DNA from: an uncultured Anaerolineales bacterium | GTDB taxonomy: Bacteria > Chloroflexota > Anaerolineae > B4-G1 > SLSP01 | Length of the DNA: 64,000 nucleotides | NCBI GenBank assembly: GCA_964496595.1 | Contig: CAZCAI010000001.1 | Location: forward strand, 22,514-86,513 | Direction: 5' to 3' | Shown: piece by piece, positions 55,911-64,000 of the stretch | How the letters are laid out: each line of letters opens with the position of its first letter | Numbering within the stretch: position 1 is the first letter of the stretch | The notes under the pieces: model-generated | What the model was told of the DNA's origin: nothing | The model's input: only the letters and a program-made list of their open reading frames with translations | Database searches by the model: none | Program-made: the position numbers and the translations under genes

Positions 55911-57155
55911 TTATTCAATTGTTGCTTCGATCTCTCCATCCTGCATTTGCAACATCACACCCAGCGCTTTCGACTCTCTCAGCCGCTGCATCTGCGCCGC
56001 CGAGGTCAAAATCTGGCGACCCTCAGCCGCGCGGACGATAGCATAGCCGCGCGCGAGCACAGCGGCGGGACTCAGCGCCTTCAGGCGCGCTTCCAATGTC
56101 TCCGTCCGATGCCGGACAACTTCTAAATGACGAAGCATTTGATTATCGGCCCGCGCCAGCAACTCATCCACACGCTGGCGCGCATTTTCCAGGCGCAAGC
56201 GCGGCGAAAGATGTTCCAACGCGCGGGTCAGGTGCTGCACTTGATCCTGCCGATTCGCCAGACGCGCTTCTAAGGCGCGATCCAAGCGGTCAATGGTATG
56301 CGCTATCGCTGCGCGCACCTCGACCAAATCCACCGAGACGACCTCCGCCGCCGCCGAGGGCGTCGGCGCGCGGACATCCGCCGCGAAATCGGCCAGCGTG
56401 AAGTCGGTTTCGTGCCCTACCCCGCTCACCACCGGAATGCGCGAGTCGGCGATGGCTCGCGCGACGCGCTCATCGTTGAACGTCCACAGATCCTCAATCG
56501 AGCCGCCGCCGCGCACCACTAAGATGACGTCCACATCGTCGCGGGCATTGAGCGCGGCCAGCGCCGCGACAATGCCGGGCGGCGCCGTCTCGCCCTGGAC
56601 CAACGTCGGCGCGAGTAGCACCTTAGCCAGCGGATATCGACGCCGCAGGACATTGAGCACATCGCGCAGAGCCGCTGTTGTCGGCGAGGTCACCACCCCG
56701 ATCCGTCGCGAGAACGGGGGCAGCGGACGCTTGCGCGCCGCATCGAACAGCCCTTCGGTCTCCAACTGGCGCTTTAGCCGTTCGAACTCCTCGTAGAGCG
56801 CGCCACGCCCGGCCGGCTGCACGCGATCCACATAGAATTGATAGCGCCCGCCCCGCTCATAGACGCCGATAGCCCCGTGCGCAACGACCTGATCGCCAGA
56901 ACGCGGCGTGTAATCCAGCCGGTAGGCCGTGCTACGCCAGATCACACAGCCTAATTGCGCATTCTCATCTTTCAAAGTAAAATACAGATGACCAGAGGAG
57001 GCACGCGAGAAATTCGATACCTCACCCTGGATATAAAGATTCTGAAATGCTGGCTCTTGTTCCAACACAGTTCGAATGTGCGCCGTAACTTCACTGACAG
57101 ATCGGGGGTGATCAGCCTGACCTTCAAACAATCCTAATTGATCCCACATCCTCAC
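55911..57155 (-). CDS. xseA: Exodeoxyribonuclease VII large subunit.
   Basis: N-terminal OB fold (VSEVTAHIRTVLEQEPAFQNLYIQGEVSNFSR...SGHLYFTLKD). Long C-terminal helical region. AAGGAG RBS. Confidence 0.85.
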   Translation of the reverse strand: MRMWDQLGLFEGQADHPRSVSEVTAHIRTVLEQEPAFQNLYIQGEVSNFSRASSGHLYFTLKDENAQLGCVIWRSTAYRLDYTPRSGDQVVAHGAIGVYERGGRYQFYVDRVQPAGRGALYEEFERLKRQLETEGLFDAARKRPLPPFSRRIGVVTSPTTAALRDVLNVLRRRYPLAKVLLAPTLVQGETAPPGIVAALAALNARDDVDVILVVRGGGSIEDLWTFNDERVARAIADSRIPVVSGVGHETDFTLADFAADVRAPTPSAAAEVVSVDLVEVRAAIAHTIDRLDRALEARLANRQDQVQHLTRALEHLSPRLRLENARQRVDELLARADNQMLRHLEVVRHRTETLEARLKALSPAAVLARGYAIVRAAEGRQILTSAAQMQRLRESKALGVMLQMQDGEIEATIE

Positions 57156-57219
57156 AACTCCTTAACATGGCTGTAACGTAAACTCTTGTTATAATTTACA
57201 TTCAAGAGTATAATATATA

Positions 57220-57981
57220 GTGAAATCTAACGAAAGGAGTGCTCCAATGAACCGCAAACCTGTATCGCTAGTCCTAGTCGTGCTCTTGATGTTGTCCTTA
57301 GTCTTCGTCGGATGTAAACGCACCGCCGCGCCGGATTTACCAGACATTCCGGAAGAAGAAGAAGCCTTCGTAGATGCCACAGCGGAAGCTGCTGGTGATG
57401 AAGGTGAAGCTATCCTCGATTTGGCCGAACAGCACACCGATCAACAAGAAGGTGAGGGAGAGGATGAAGCTGAAGGCGAGGAGCCAGAAGAAACCCCCAT
57501 CGTCACCGAAGAAGCTACCCCCACCGAAGCGCCTCCCGAACCAACGCCTGAGGTCACCACGCCTGAGCCAACGGAGGCTCCAACCGAGGCGACCCCAGAA
57601 GAGGAGACGCCCGCGCCCACGGAGGAAGCCGTCGCCACATCAGGCCCCAGCACGCACATCGTCCAGCCTGGCGAGAATCTCTTCCGCATTGCCCTGCGTT
57701 ACGGCACATCGGTCGAAAACCTCGCGCAAGTAAATGGCATCACCAACCCGGCGCGGATTTATGTTGGGCAGAAGCTCACCATTCCCGGTACGGGAGGAGA
57801 TGGAGAAACCCCGCCCCCCAGCGGCGATGGCGCGACAACGCACGTCGTCCAGCCTGGCGAGAACCTCTTCCGCATTGCTCTGCGCTATAATTACGATTAC
57901 TTCTATCTGGCGCGGTACAATGACATCAGCAATCCGGCCACGATTTATCCCGGCCAGGTGATTAAGATCCCTCAAAACTAA
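57220..57981 (+). CDS. Lipoprotein with an acidic low-complexity linker and two LysM peptidoglycan-binding domains.
   Basis: Lipobox VFVGC. Two LysM repeats (HIVQPGENLFRIALRYGTS...YVGQKLTIP; HVVQPGENLFRIALRY...YPGQVIKIP). Confidence 0.8.
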   Translation: MKSNERSAPMNRKPVSLVLVVLLMLSLVFVGCKRTAAPDLPDIPEEEEAFVDATAEAAGDEGEAILDLAEQHTDQQEGEGEDEAEGEEPEETPIVTEEATPTEAPPEPTPEVTTPEPTEAPTEATPEEETPAPTEEAVATSGPSTHIVQPGENLFRIALRYGTSVENLAQVNGITNPARIYVGQKLTIPGTGGDGETPPPSGDGATTHVVQPGENLFRIALRYNYDYFYLARYNDISNPATIYPGQVIKIPQN

Positions 57982-57987
57982 ATTAAT

Positions 57988-58782
57988 TTGGTTTTAGAGA
58001 TCACCAGCCCCAATAATACACACATACGGCGGGTGCAAGCGCTTCAGCGCAGCACCCGCCGTCGCTCACGTGAAAAGCTGATGGTGGCCGAGGGGACGCG
58101 CCTGGTGCAAGAAGCGCTGGCCTCTCAACTCCCCATCGAAGAGGCTTTTTTCACCGCCAACTTCGCCGCCGAGCCGGAAGGACGCGAGATCCTCGCAACC
58201 TTTGAGAAGCGTCAGATTCGGCATGCCCAAGCGCCAGAGGATCTGATGCTGGCGATGTCGGACACAGACACCCCCCAAGGGATTCTGGTTGTGCTCCCCA
58301 CGCCGGAGATTCCCCCCGGCCCGCCGGAATTCATTCTCGCGCCGGACAACATTCGCGACCCCGGCAATTTGGGCACGATGCTCCGCACCGCGTGGGCGAC
58401 CAATGTCTCTCAGGTATTGTTGCCGCCCGGCAACGTCGATGTCACCAACCCCAAGGTCGTGCGCGCTGGGATGGGCGCGCATTTCTATGTGCCGATTCGC
58501 GCGGTCACGTGGGATGATCTGCGCGCGATGATAGCCCCTGCCCAGGTATGGCTGGCCGAGATGCGCGAGGGGGTCCCCTATAGTGAGGCCGATTGGCGCG
58601 GAAACATCGCGCTCATCATCGGCGGGGAGGCTGCCGGCGCCGGCCCGGAAGCGCGCGCCTTAGCTCAGCGCCACGTCACTATCCCGATGGCGCCCGGCGT
58701 GGATTCGCTTAACGCGGCCATCGCGGCGGCCATCCTGATGTTCGAGGTTGCCCGCCAGCAATCGCGCTTGCGACCCGCATAG
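57988..58782 (+). CDS. TrmH/SpoU-family RNA 2'-O-methyltransferase.
   Basis: SpoU signatures (LVLDNIRDPGNLGTMLRTA; LIIGGEAAG; ...VDSLNAAIAAAI). Confidence 0.8.
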   Translation: MVLEITSPNNTHIRRVQALQRSTRRRSREKLMVAEGTRLVQEALASQLPIEEAFFTANFAAEPEGREILATFEKRQIRHAQAPEDLMLAMSDTDTPQGILVVLPTPEIPPGPPEFILAPDNIRDPGNLGTMLRTAWATNVSQVLLPPGNVDVTNPKVVRAGMGAHFYVPIRAVTWDDLRAMIAPAQVWLAEMREGVPYSEADWRGNIALIIGGEAAGAGPEARALAQRHVTIPMAPGVDSLNAAIAAAILMFEVARQQSRLRPA

Positions 58783-58796
58783 CTCACCCCAGGGCG

Positions 58797-59537
58797 CTAC
58801 GCGATGTGATCTACCACCTCGATGGCGTTGAGGGTCATCTGGTACAGAAAAATGCGCTGGAGGAGATCGGCATCGTGGGGCAGCGCCCCGATCTCCCGCG
58901 CCGTCTCTACCGCTATATCGTAAGTCTGCACGCAATCGGCCGGCACGATCACGCGCACGCCCTCTTCCCCGCGAGCATTCGCGCGCATCCGCAGATCCAT
59001 CGCCATCTCGTAGATGCAGATGTCTGTGCAGACCCCCACCACGATGAAGGTCGTGATTTCAGGATGCTCCCCCAGCCAATCCGGCAACGCTGTCCCCATC
59101 ATGCTGCTGATCGAGTTCTTCTCAAAGACGATAAAATCCTCCGAGAATGGCAGCGCCAGCAGCTCCGGGATCGTCTCGCTCTCCTCGCTGCCGGCGACGC
59201 AGTGCGGGGGAAAGGCAGCGAACTCTACGGCTTGCTCATCGTGCGTATCCTGCATCAGGAGGCAGTGCTGCACTCCAGCCTCGTGCAGCGCCGTGAAGAG
59301 CGCCGCCACCTGCGGCACGATTCCCTGCGCGCGCGGACTGGACAACGGCCCCACAGTGCAGAAGCCCTTCAGCAGATCCTCGGAAATCACTGCCGTTGTC
59401 TCAGGCTCGATATCTTCCAAGACTAAGACGGGCAACGACGCCTCCCATTCGCTCAACCACGTCAAAAACGGTTCGCTTTGTGCTATTTCATCCTTCATAA
59501 TCACCCCACAGCACTCCACTCTCCTGCTTCCTATCAT
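58797..59537 (-). CDS. Isochorismatase-family cysteine hydrolase. Start is either 59537 (ATGA-coupled to the Nudix stop) or the ATG at 59498.
   Basis: Catalytic region FIVVGVCTDICI and the Asp/Lys pattern of the isochorismatase fold. Confidence 0.7.
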   Translation of the reverse strand: MIGSRRVECCGVIMKDEIAQSEPFLTWLSEWEASLPVLVLEDIEPETTAVISEDLLKGFCTVGPLSSPRAQGIVPQVAALFTALHEAGVQHCLLMQDTHDEQAVEFAAFPPHCVAGSEESETIPELLALPFSEDFIVFEKNSISSMMGTALPDWLGEHPEITTFIVVGVCTDICIYEMAMDLRMRANARGEEGVRVIVPADCVQTYDIAVETAREIGALPHDADLLQRIFLYQMTLNAIEVVDHIA

Positions 59538-59983
59538 TCGCTGATCCGCTGATCCGCTGTCTGTAAAATCTTCGCGTGATCGAAGGCCAGCGGCGGCAAC
59601 CCTTCCCCCTCTTTACCCCAGGGCCACCAGGCAGCCTTCGCCGCATCGTCGCCGGCCACGACGTCCAACGTCACGCCCTGGGGCAAGCGACCGAGGAATG
59701 CCACGGAGACCGTCCAGCCGCGCGGATCACGGCCCGGTTCTCCAAAGGCGGCTAACTGCCGCAGTTCGATCTCGGCGACGCCCGTCTCCTCGTGCAGTTC
59801 GCGCAGGGCCGCGTGCGCCAGGCGCTCCTCCGGCTCGACAAATCCACCCGGCAGCGCCCAGCGCCCGGCAAAGGGCGGGTGTTTGCGCTCGATCAGCAAG
59901 ACCTCGCGTCCAGAAGCTCCCTGTCGCCAGAGAACCACGTCCACGGTCAACATCGGGCGCGGATAGTCATAGGTATAGGTCAT
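59534..59983 (-). CDS. NUDIX hydrolase.
   Basis: Nudix box GRWALPGGFVEPEERLAHAALRELHEETGV. Confidence 0.85.
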   Translation of the reverse strand: MTYTYDYPRPMLTVDVVLWRQGASGREVLLIERKHPPFAGRWALPGGFVEPEERLAHAALRELHEETGVAEIELRQLAAFGEPGRDPRGWTVSVAFLGRLPQGVTLDVVAGDDAAKAAWWPWGKEGEGLPPLAFDHAKILQTADQRISE

Positions 59984-60678
59984 AGCTTATGCTCTTTCTC
60001 CGCACTCTTTACTGACGCCTCCGGCCCATCTTCCCCCGCCTCCTGCGCCTCAAGCAGCGGCAGCACCAACGCGCGGAAACTGGTGAAGCTCAATACTGTA
60101 ATGTAGGCCGGGGTGAGGATCAAAAATATCGGGGCAAACATACTGATGATGAGGATCAAACCCGAAAAGAGCGTCCACATTAACGTCTGGATCGGGTAGG
60201 CAAAGGTCAGGTAGAGGCTATTGCGCACAGCAAGGAAGATGCCGCCTGTATTCTGTTCGATCAGCGCGGAGCTAATGTAAAAGGCTACACATGTCCACAA
60301 TAACAACATTGCCAGGGCGAGGGACGTCATGGCTAAAATGATGTTGTTGTTATCAATGGGAGAGATCTGTGGCGTGTTGTAAAACCAGAGGTTAGAGAAA
60401 ATCACAATATATCCAAACAAGACGATCAAGAGGACGCCCCACGCCCGCACGCCATAGCGCTTCACGCCATCCCAGTAATCGCTCCAATGGATGCTTTCAC
60501 GACGCACGATGCGATGGGCGGCGTACCACAAGCCCGCCAGCGCAAAGGGGCCGGGAAGGATCAGCAAACACGCCACGAACGTCGCCGCGCCCATCATCAC
60601 CAGATGAAGAAGCTCGTCGTAATAGCTAACGGAAGCTTCCGCAATCACACTGAAAACTTTCTTCATAATGCTTACCAA
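59980..60678 (-). CDS. Integral membrane protein (DUF624/YesL-like; this assignment is tentative).
   Basis: 232 aa with ~6 TM helices. Start/stop overlaps with both neighbours. Confidence 0.55.
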   Translation of the reverse strand: MVSIMKKVFSVIAEASVSYYDELLHLVMMGAATFVACLLILPGPFALAGLWYAAHRIVRRESIHWSDYWDGVKRYGVRAWGVLLIVLFGYIVIFSNLWFYNTPQISPIDNNNIILAMTSLALAMLLLWTCVAFYISSALIEQNTGGIFLAVRNSLYLTFAYPIQTLMWTLFSGLILIISMFAPIFLILTPAYITVLSFTSFRALVLPLLEAQEAGEDGPEASVKSAEKEHKL

Positions 60679-63017
60679 CTCCCCTGCACAGTAACTTCAA
60701 TCTGCACCATGACGCCTTTATCTGATTGCGCCGCTAATTGCACTCGCACACCCTGCTCTGGATCGAAGTGCGCCGCCGCCGTCTCTCCCTCAAGATGCAG
60801 CGAGCGCCCCGCCGGCGGCAGGGCATAAGATGACCACGTCTCCTGCTCCCAATCCCACAATGCGATTCCCTCCACCTCCATCGGTGAGGAAGAAGTCCCC
60901 GGCGGAGGTGAAATCCAGGGCGGCTGCGAAAGTGTCACGGTCAGAGCATCCGCGCGATTGATCTGCAAATAGGAAGGGACGACATATCGCACCTCGGCGG
61001 TTGGCTCTCCCATCGAGAGAACAGCCTCCTCTTGCAGCCACCCGCCCTCAACCGAGGAGCGATCCGGGATCAACGGCAAGCGCAGACTGCCGGCGCTTTG
61101 CTGCGGGCAGGGCGCGCGAATGACCCAACAGCTTTCCGAAACCTGGGTGCCTCTGAGGCCTTCCGCCGGGAAAGGCACGCCCTCCGTTTCGGCCACCAGA
61201 TAACATGAGAGCGAGCTTCGAATCTCTTCGGCGCCGGGGGGATAGGGCATCGATGGGGTGGGAAAGTAGTAGCCTCCATAATGCGGACTCTCACAAAATG
61301 TCATGTTTTCCGCGCGCCCTTGGGTGGTGGTGTCGGTGACGGGCCACGAGACGCGCGTCGCGGTCTCAGGCTCCACGGTGGTGGTTAATGGCAGATGGTG
61401 CATAACCTCATCATTGTAGAAAAGTAGCTTCACATTTTTAAGTGCGACTTCGCTGAGGATCTCACCGACAACCCACGGCGCTCCATCACGCGCTTCGAGG
61501 CGTAAATCGGCCTGGAGCTGCAAGGGGGAGATTTCACCCGCTGCTCCCCATGTCACAACACCCAGGGAGCGAGGAATCACGATTTCGCTCTCAATCTGGC
61601 TTTCCAAATTGACTTCGACGGGGAACGGCTCGCCTGAGTTGTACCAGCCATCAAAGCGATAGCCGCCAAATAGGGGCCGGGGCTTTCCCGCTACGCGCCA
61701 CGACAGATCTCGCACGCGCGGCGCATAGACCGCAGCGCCCTGGAAGACGCGCGCGGGCATATCGGGGGCGCTGACGTAGATCGTCGCGCGCTCATGGAAC
61801 AAGGGGAAAGTGCGCGAGAACACGCCGCTCAAGACTAAGGAAAGCAGCAATAACGAGGTCACAATCCAAAGAGGCAACAACGCCCATGCCAGAATTGGAC
61901 GTCGCAGCCGCCGGACAATCCACAATGTCCCCGGCCCCATCAGGAATAAGTAGATGGGGAACAGGAGGAGCCATTGCCACAAGCGTGGGAAATCCGACAT
62001 AGGCATTTGTAAGAGCTGCTGAGCTTGCGGCTGAAGCACGGAGGAGATATCCGATGATGCGAATGGAAGCGTGACCGCCGGTATCTGATCCCCTTCCCAC
62101 AACTTCGCTATCTCCACTTGACCGGCGGGTTCGATCAGATCCCAACCGACAACATCGACGACGCCTGATCCCATCCGCTCGCGGGCAGCGATGATCATGT
62201 CGCCTTCGGAGAGGAGGGAGGAGGCCGTATCACGCAAGGCCAGCGAGGTGACAGCAACGCGGCCCTCGGCGTCGCCGCCGTTCCGATTACTTAAGACCGC
62301 CGCATCGATAAGATGGGTCTCGCGAACCTCGGCGATGCGTAATTTGGCCGGGAAGCCATTCAATGCTTGCGAAAGCGTCGGGCCGCCGCCCATAATGATA
62401 TGACCTCCCATCCCTACCCAACTGACTAACGCCTCGCGCTGTTGATCCGTCAACGCGGAGGTCGCCATCCCGTTGAGCAACAGAAGATCGACAGCATCCC
62501 AGGCTTGAGGAAGCTCAGGCAAGAGCGCCAAATCTTGGATCCATATCCGCGCCTCACATGCTGCCAGATCATAATCGGCCATATCGCGCGCGTCGACGAC
62601 CACGCAGACACGATCTTTGGCGTTAGGACGGCTCAACGAGAGTGGAGATCGTTTTGCTTGCTCCGCATCTTGCAAGATCACCTCATAGTCCAGGCCGTCT
62701 TCAACGTAAAGTGGGATGCGATATTGCTTGTAGGAACGGGCCGGCAAGTGCACCGATCGCCGATAGGTGACTTCACGCCGACCATCAATCACCAATAACG
62801 ATCCTTCCCAATCGCCCACCTCGTTGCGCAACGCCACGCGCACCTCGGTCCATCCCGGCATCCGAAGATGGTCTTCCCAGGCAGCGGTCGCTATCATCTC
62901 CGGGAAATTGTCCGGCGTTTGCGCGCGCGCCTCTCGAGCAAGGCCCAAGGTCAGCAAGAGCACGCCTAAAAGCAGCCCCGGCCATATTCGCACTGGATTT
63001 CTTTTCAGGAACATCAA
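60672..63017 (-). CDS. Secreted or membrane-anchored protein with a class-I glutamine-amidotransferase-like (ThuA/DUF4350-like) domain.
   Basis: Signal peptide. Motif LLLLNGMATSALTDQQREALVSWVGMGGHIIMGGG resembles the ThuA-like GATase1 signature. Internal TM pair (LLLFPIYLFLMG...; LLPLWIVTSLLLLSLVL). Confidence 0.5.
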   Translation of the reverse strand: MMFLKRNPVRIWPGLLLGVLLLTLGLAREARAQTPDNFPEMIATAAWEDHLRMPGWTEVRVALRNEVGDWEGSLLVIDGRREVTYRRSVHLPARSYKQYRIPLYVEDGLDYEVILQDAEQAKRSPLSLSRPNAKDRVCVVVDARDMADYDLAACEARIWIQDLALLPELPQAWDAVDLLLLNGMATSALTDQQREALVSWVGMGGHIIMGGGPTLSQALNGFPAKLRIAEVRETHLIDAAVLSNRNGGDAEGRVAVTSLALRDTASSLLSEGDMIIAARERMGSGVVDVVGWDLIEPAGQVEIAKLWEGDQIPAVTLPFASSDISSVLQPQAQQLLQMPMSDFPRLWQWLLLFPIYLFLMGPGTLWIVRRLRRPILAWALLPLWIVTSLLLLSLVLSGVFSRTFPLFHERATIYVSAPDMPARVFQGAAVYAPRVRDLSWRVAGKPRPLFGGYRFDGWYNSGEPFPVEVNLESQIESEIVIPRSLGVVTWGAAGEISPLQLQADLRLEARDGAPWVVGEILSEVALKNVKLLFYNDEVMHHLPLTTTVEPETATRVSWPVTDTTTQGRAENMTFCESPHYGGYYFPTPSMPYPPGAEEIRSSLSCYLVAETEGVPFPAEGLRGTQVSESCWVIRAPCPQQSAGSLRLPLIPDRSSVEGGWLQEEAVLSMGEPTAEVRYVVPSYLQINRADALTVTLSQPPWISPPPGTSSSPMEVEGIALWDWEQETWSSYALPPAGRSLHLEGETAAAHFDPEQGVRVQLAAQSDKGVMVQIEVTVQGSW

Positions 63018-64000
63018 TTCACCACCCGACAGATCAAGCCTTTGAGATACGCGCTCTCCGGGAAGGTCACCGCCGTGGGATGATCGCTCCCTTGCGCCAG
63101 ATAGCCGACGATCTGGGTCGCGCGGTCAGCGTCCAAGGCGGCGCCGAAGACGATCTTCTGAAAGAGATCGGCGGAGATGATGCCGGAGCAGGAGAAGGTA
63201 AAGAGCAGCCCACCGGGCCGCAGGAGATGCAGCGCCTGGAGGTTGATGTCCTTGTAGCCGCGGCTGGCGGCGGGGACATCCCGCTTGGAGGTTGCGAATT
63301 TGGGCGGGTCGAGCACGATCATATCGAAGCGCCGGCCCGCTGCTCGTAGCGTCCGCAGCGCCTCGAACGCATCAGTGGTGATGTCTTCGACGGCGACATC
63401 CGATCCCCACAGGTTATTGAGCGCCATATTCTCGCGCCCCAACGCCAACGCATCGGTCGAGCTTTCGATGTTGACCACAGAGTCCGCGCCGCCCGCCAGC
63501 CCGTAGATACCGAAGCCGCCCGTGTAGGCGAAGACGTTCAGCAAATCGGGCGCGGATTTGGCGCGGCGCCACGCCGCGATGGACTCCCGCAATCGCTGTC
63601 GATTGGGGCGTTGATCCAGGTAAAAGCCGGTCTTGTGCCCCGCCCGGACATCGACTAAAAAGCGCAAGCCGTGCTCCAGAATTTCCATATAGTCGGACAA
63701 CGGCGCGCCTTGGATGAGGCCGGCGCGGAGGGGCAGTCCTTCTTTTTCGCGCACCTCCGTATCGCTGCGCTCGTAGAGCGTCGCGGGCGCCAATCCCTGC
63801 TCGGATGCGACGCGCCAGATGGCCGCGGCGAGCATCTCGCGGCGCATCTCGACGCCGGCAGATAAGTGTTGGATCACGATCACGTCGGCGTATCGATCCA
63901 CGATCAAGCCGGGCAGGCCGTCCGATTCGGCGTTGACCCATCGACATGCCGTGGTCTGCGGATCGGCCAAGAGCGGTGCGCGGGCCGAAAGCGCGCGGCG
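63014..64000 (-). CDS. RlmI/RlmK-like class I SAM-dependent rRNA methyltransferase. Partial: the N-terminal PUA region lies beyond the window end.
   Basis: Motif I VLNVFAYTGGFG and the DPPKF motif IV (FDMIVLDPPKFA). No stop before the window edge. Confidence 0.7.
   Translation of the reverse strand, partial: RRALSARAPLLADPQTTACRWVNAESDGLPGLIVDRYADVIVIQHLSAGVEMRREMLAAAIWRVASEQGLAPATLYERSDTEVREKEGLPLRAGLIQGAPLSDYMEILEHGLRFLVDVRAGHKTGFYLDQRPNRQRLRESIAAWRRAKSAPDLLNVFAYTGGFGIYGLAGGADSVVNIESSTDALALGRENMALNNLWGSDVAVEDITTDAFEALRTLRAAGRRFDMIVLDPPKFATSKRDVPAASRGYKDINLQALHLLRPGGLLFTFSCSGIISADLFQKIVFGAALDADRATQIVGYLAQGSDHPTAVTFPESAYLKGLICRVVN

Overview
This is a 64 kb segment of a high-GC (~63-65%) bacterial chromosome. 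The gene content suggests a Chloroflexota-like organism: a bacterial Elp3 homologue, a GH57 glycogen enzyme, DUF433, SARP+NB-ARC+TPR regulators, and very large multidomain secreted or membrane proteins. This lineage guess is inference only.

The window is gene-dense (about 90% coding) and mostly housekeeping. Recognisable genes include metH, ugd, dtd, acpS, smpB, xseA, glgA and rbsK, together with an active/inactive M16 peptidase pair and tRNA/rRNA-modifying methyltransferases.

Accessory and unusual modules, from most to least distinctive:
1. Three copies of a ~98 bp intergenic element. Each has conserved 15-bp hairpin-forming terminal inverted repeats (AACCTTGCGAAGGTT / AACCTTCGCAAGGGT) and a variable core. 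They sit at gene 3' ends: 12208-12305, 20659-20755 and 22102-22200.
2. Two further short intergenic repeat families: 10636-10692 with 44117-44158, and the AT-rich 9709-9739 with 15564-15606.
3. A divergent locus built around a SARP-wHTH/BTAD/NB-ARC/TPR regulator (26786..29890). Two 11-bp-period direct repeats sit in the promoter region where a -35 would lie. The putative target operon encodes a 78-aa protein and a 1339-aa secreted beta-helix/PKD protein. Its start codon is immediately preceded by a perfect 9-bp x6 tandem repeat.
4. A low-GC (~47%) two-gene translationally coupled cassette (6107..6816) with its own extended -10 promoter and an 11-bp tandem operator-like repeat.
5. A secreted protein with three lamin-tail domains, DUF11 repeats and two PLD HKD motifs.
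6. A 1698-aa GT-C-like membrane protein with a (PMP)n repeat, and a second YfhO-like membrane protein.
7. An FHA+wHTH regulator divergent from a Ser/Thr kinase.
8. An orphan DUF433 gene wedged inside the M16 peptidase operon.
9. An apparent frameshift in a membrane-protein gene at 628..1582.

No rRNA, tRNA, tmRNA, CRISPR array or transposase was recognised by eye.
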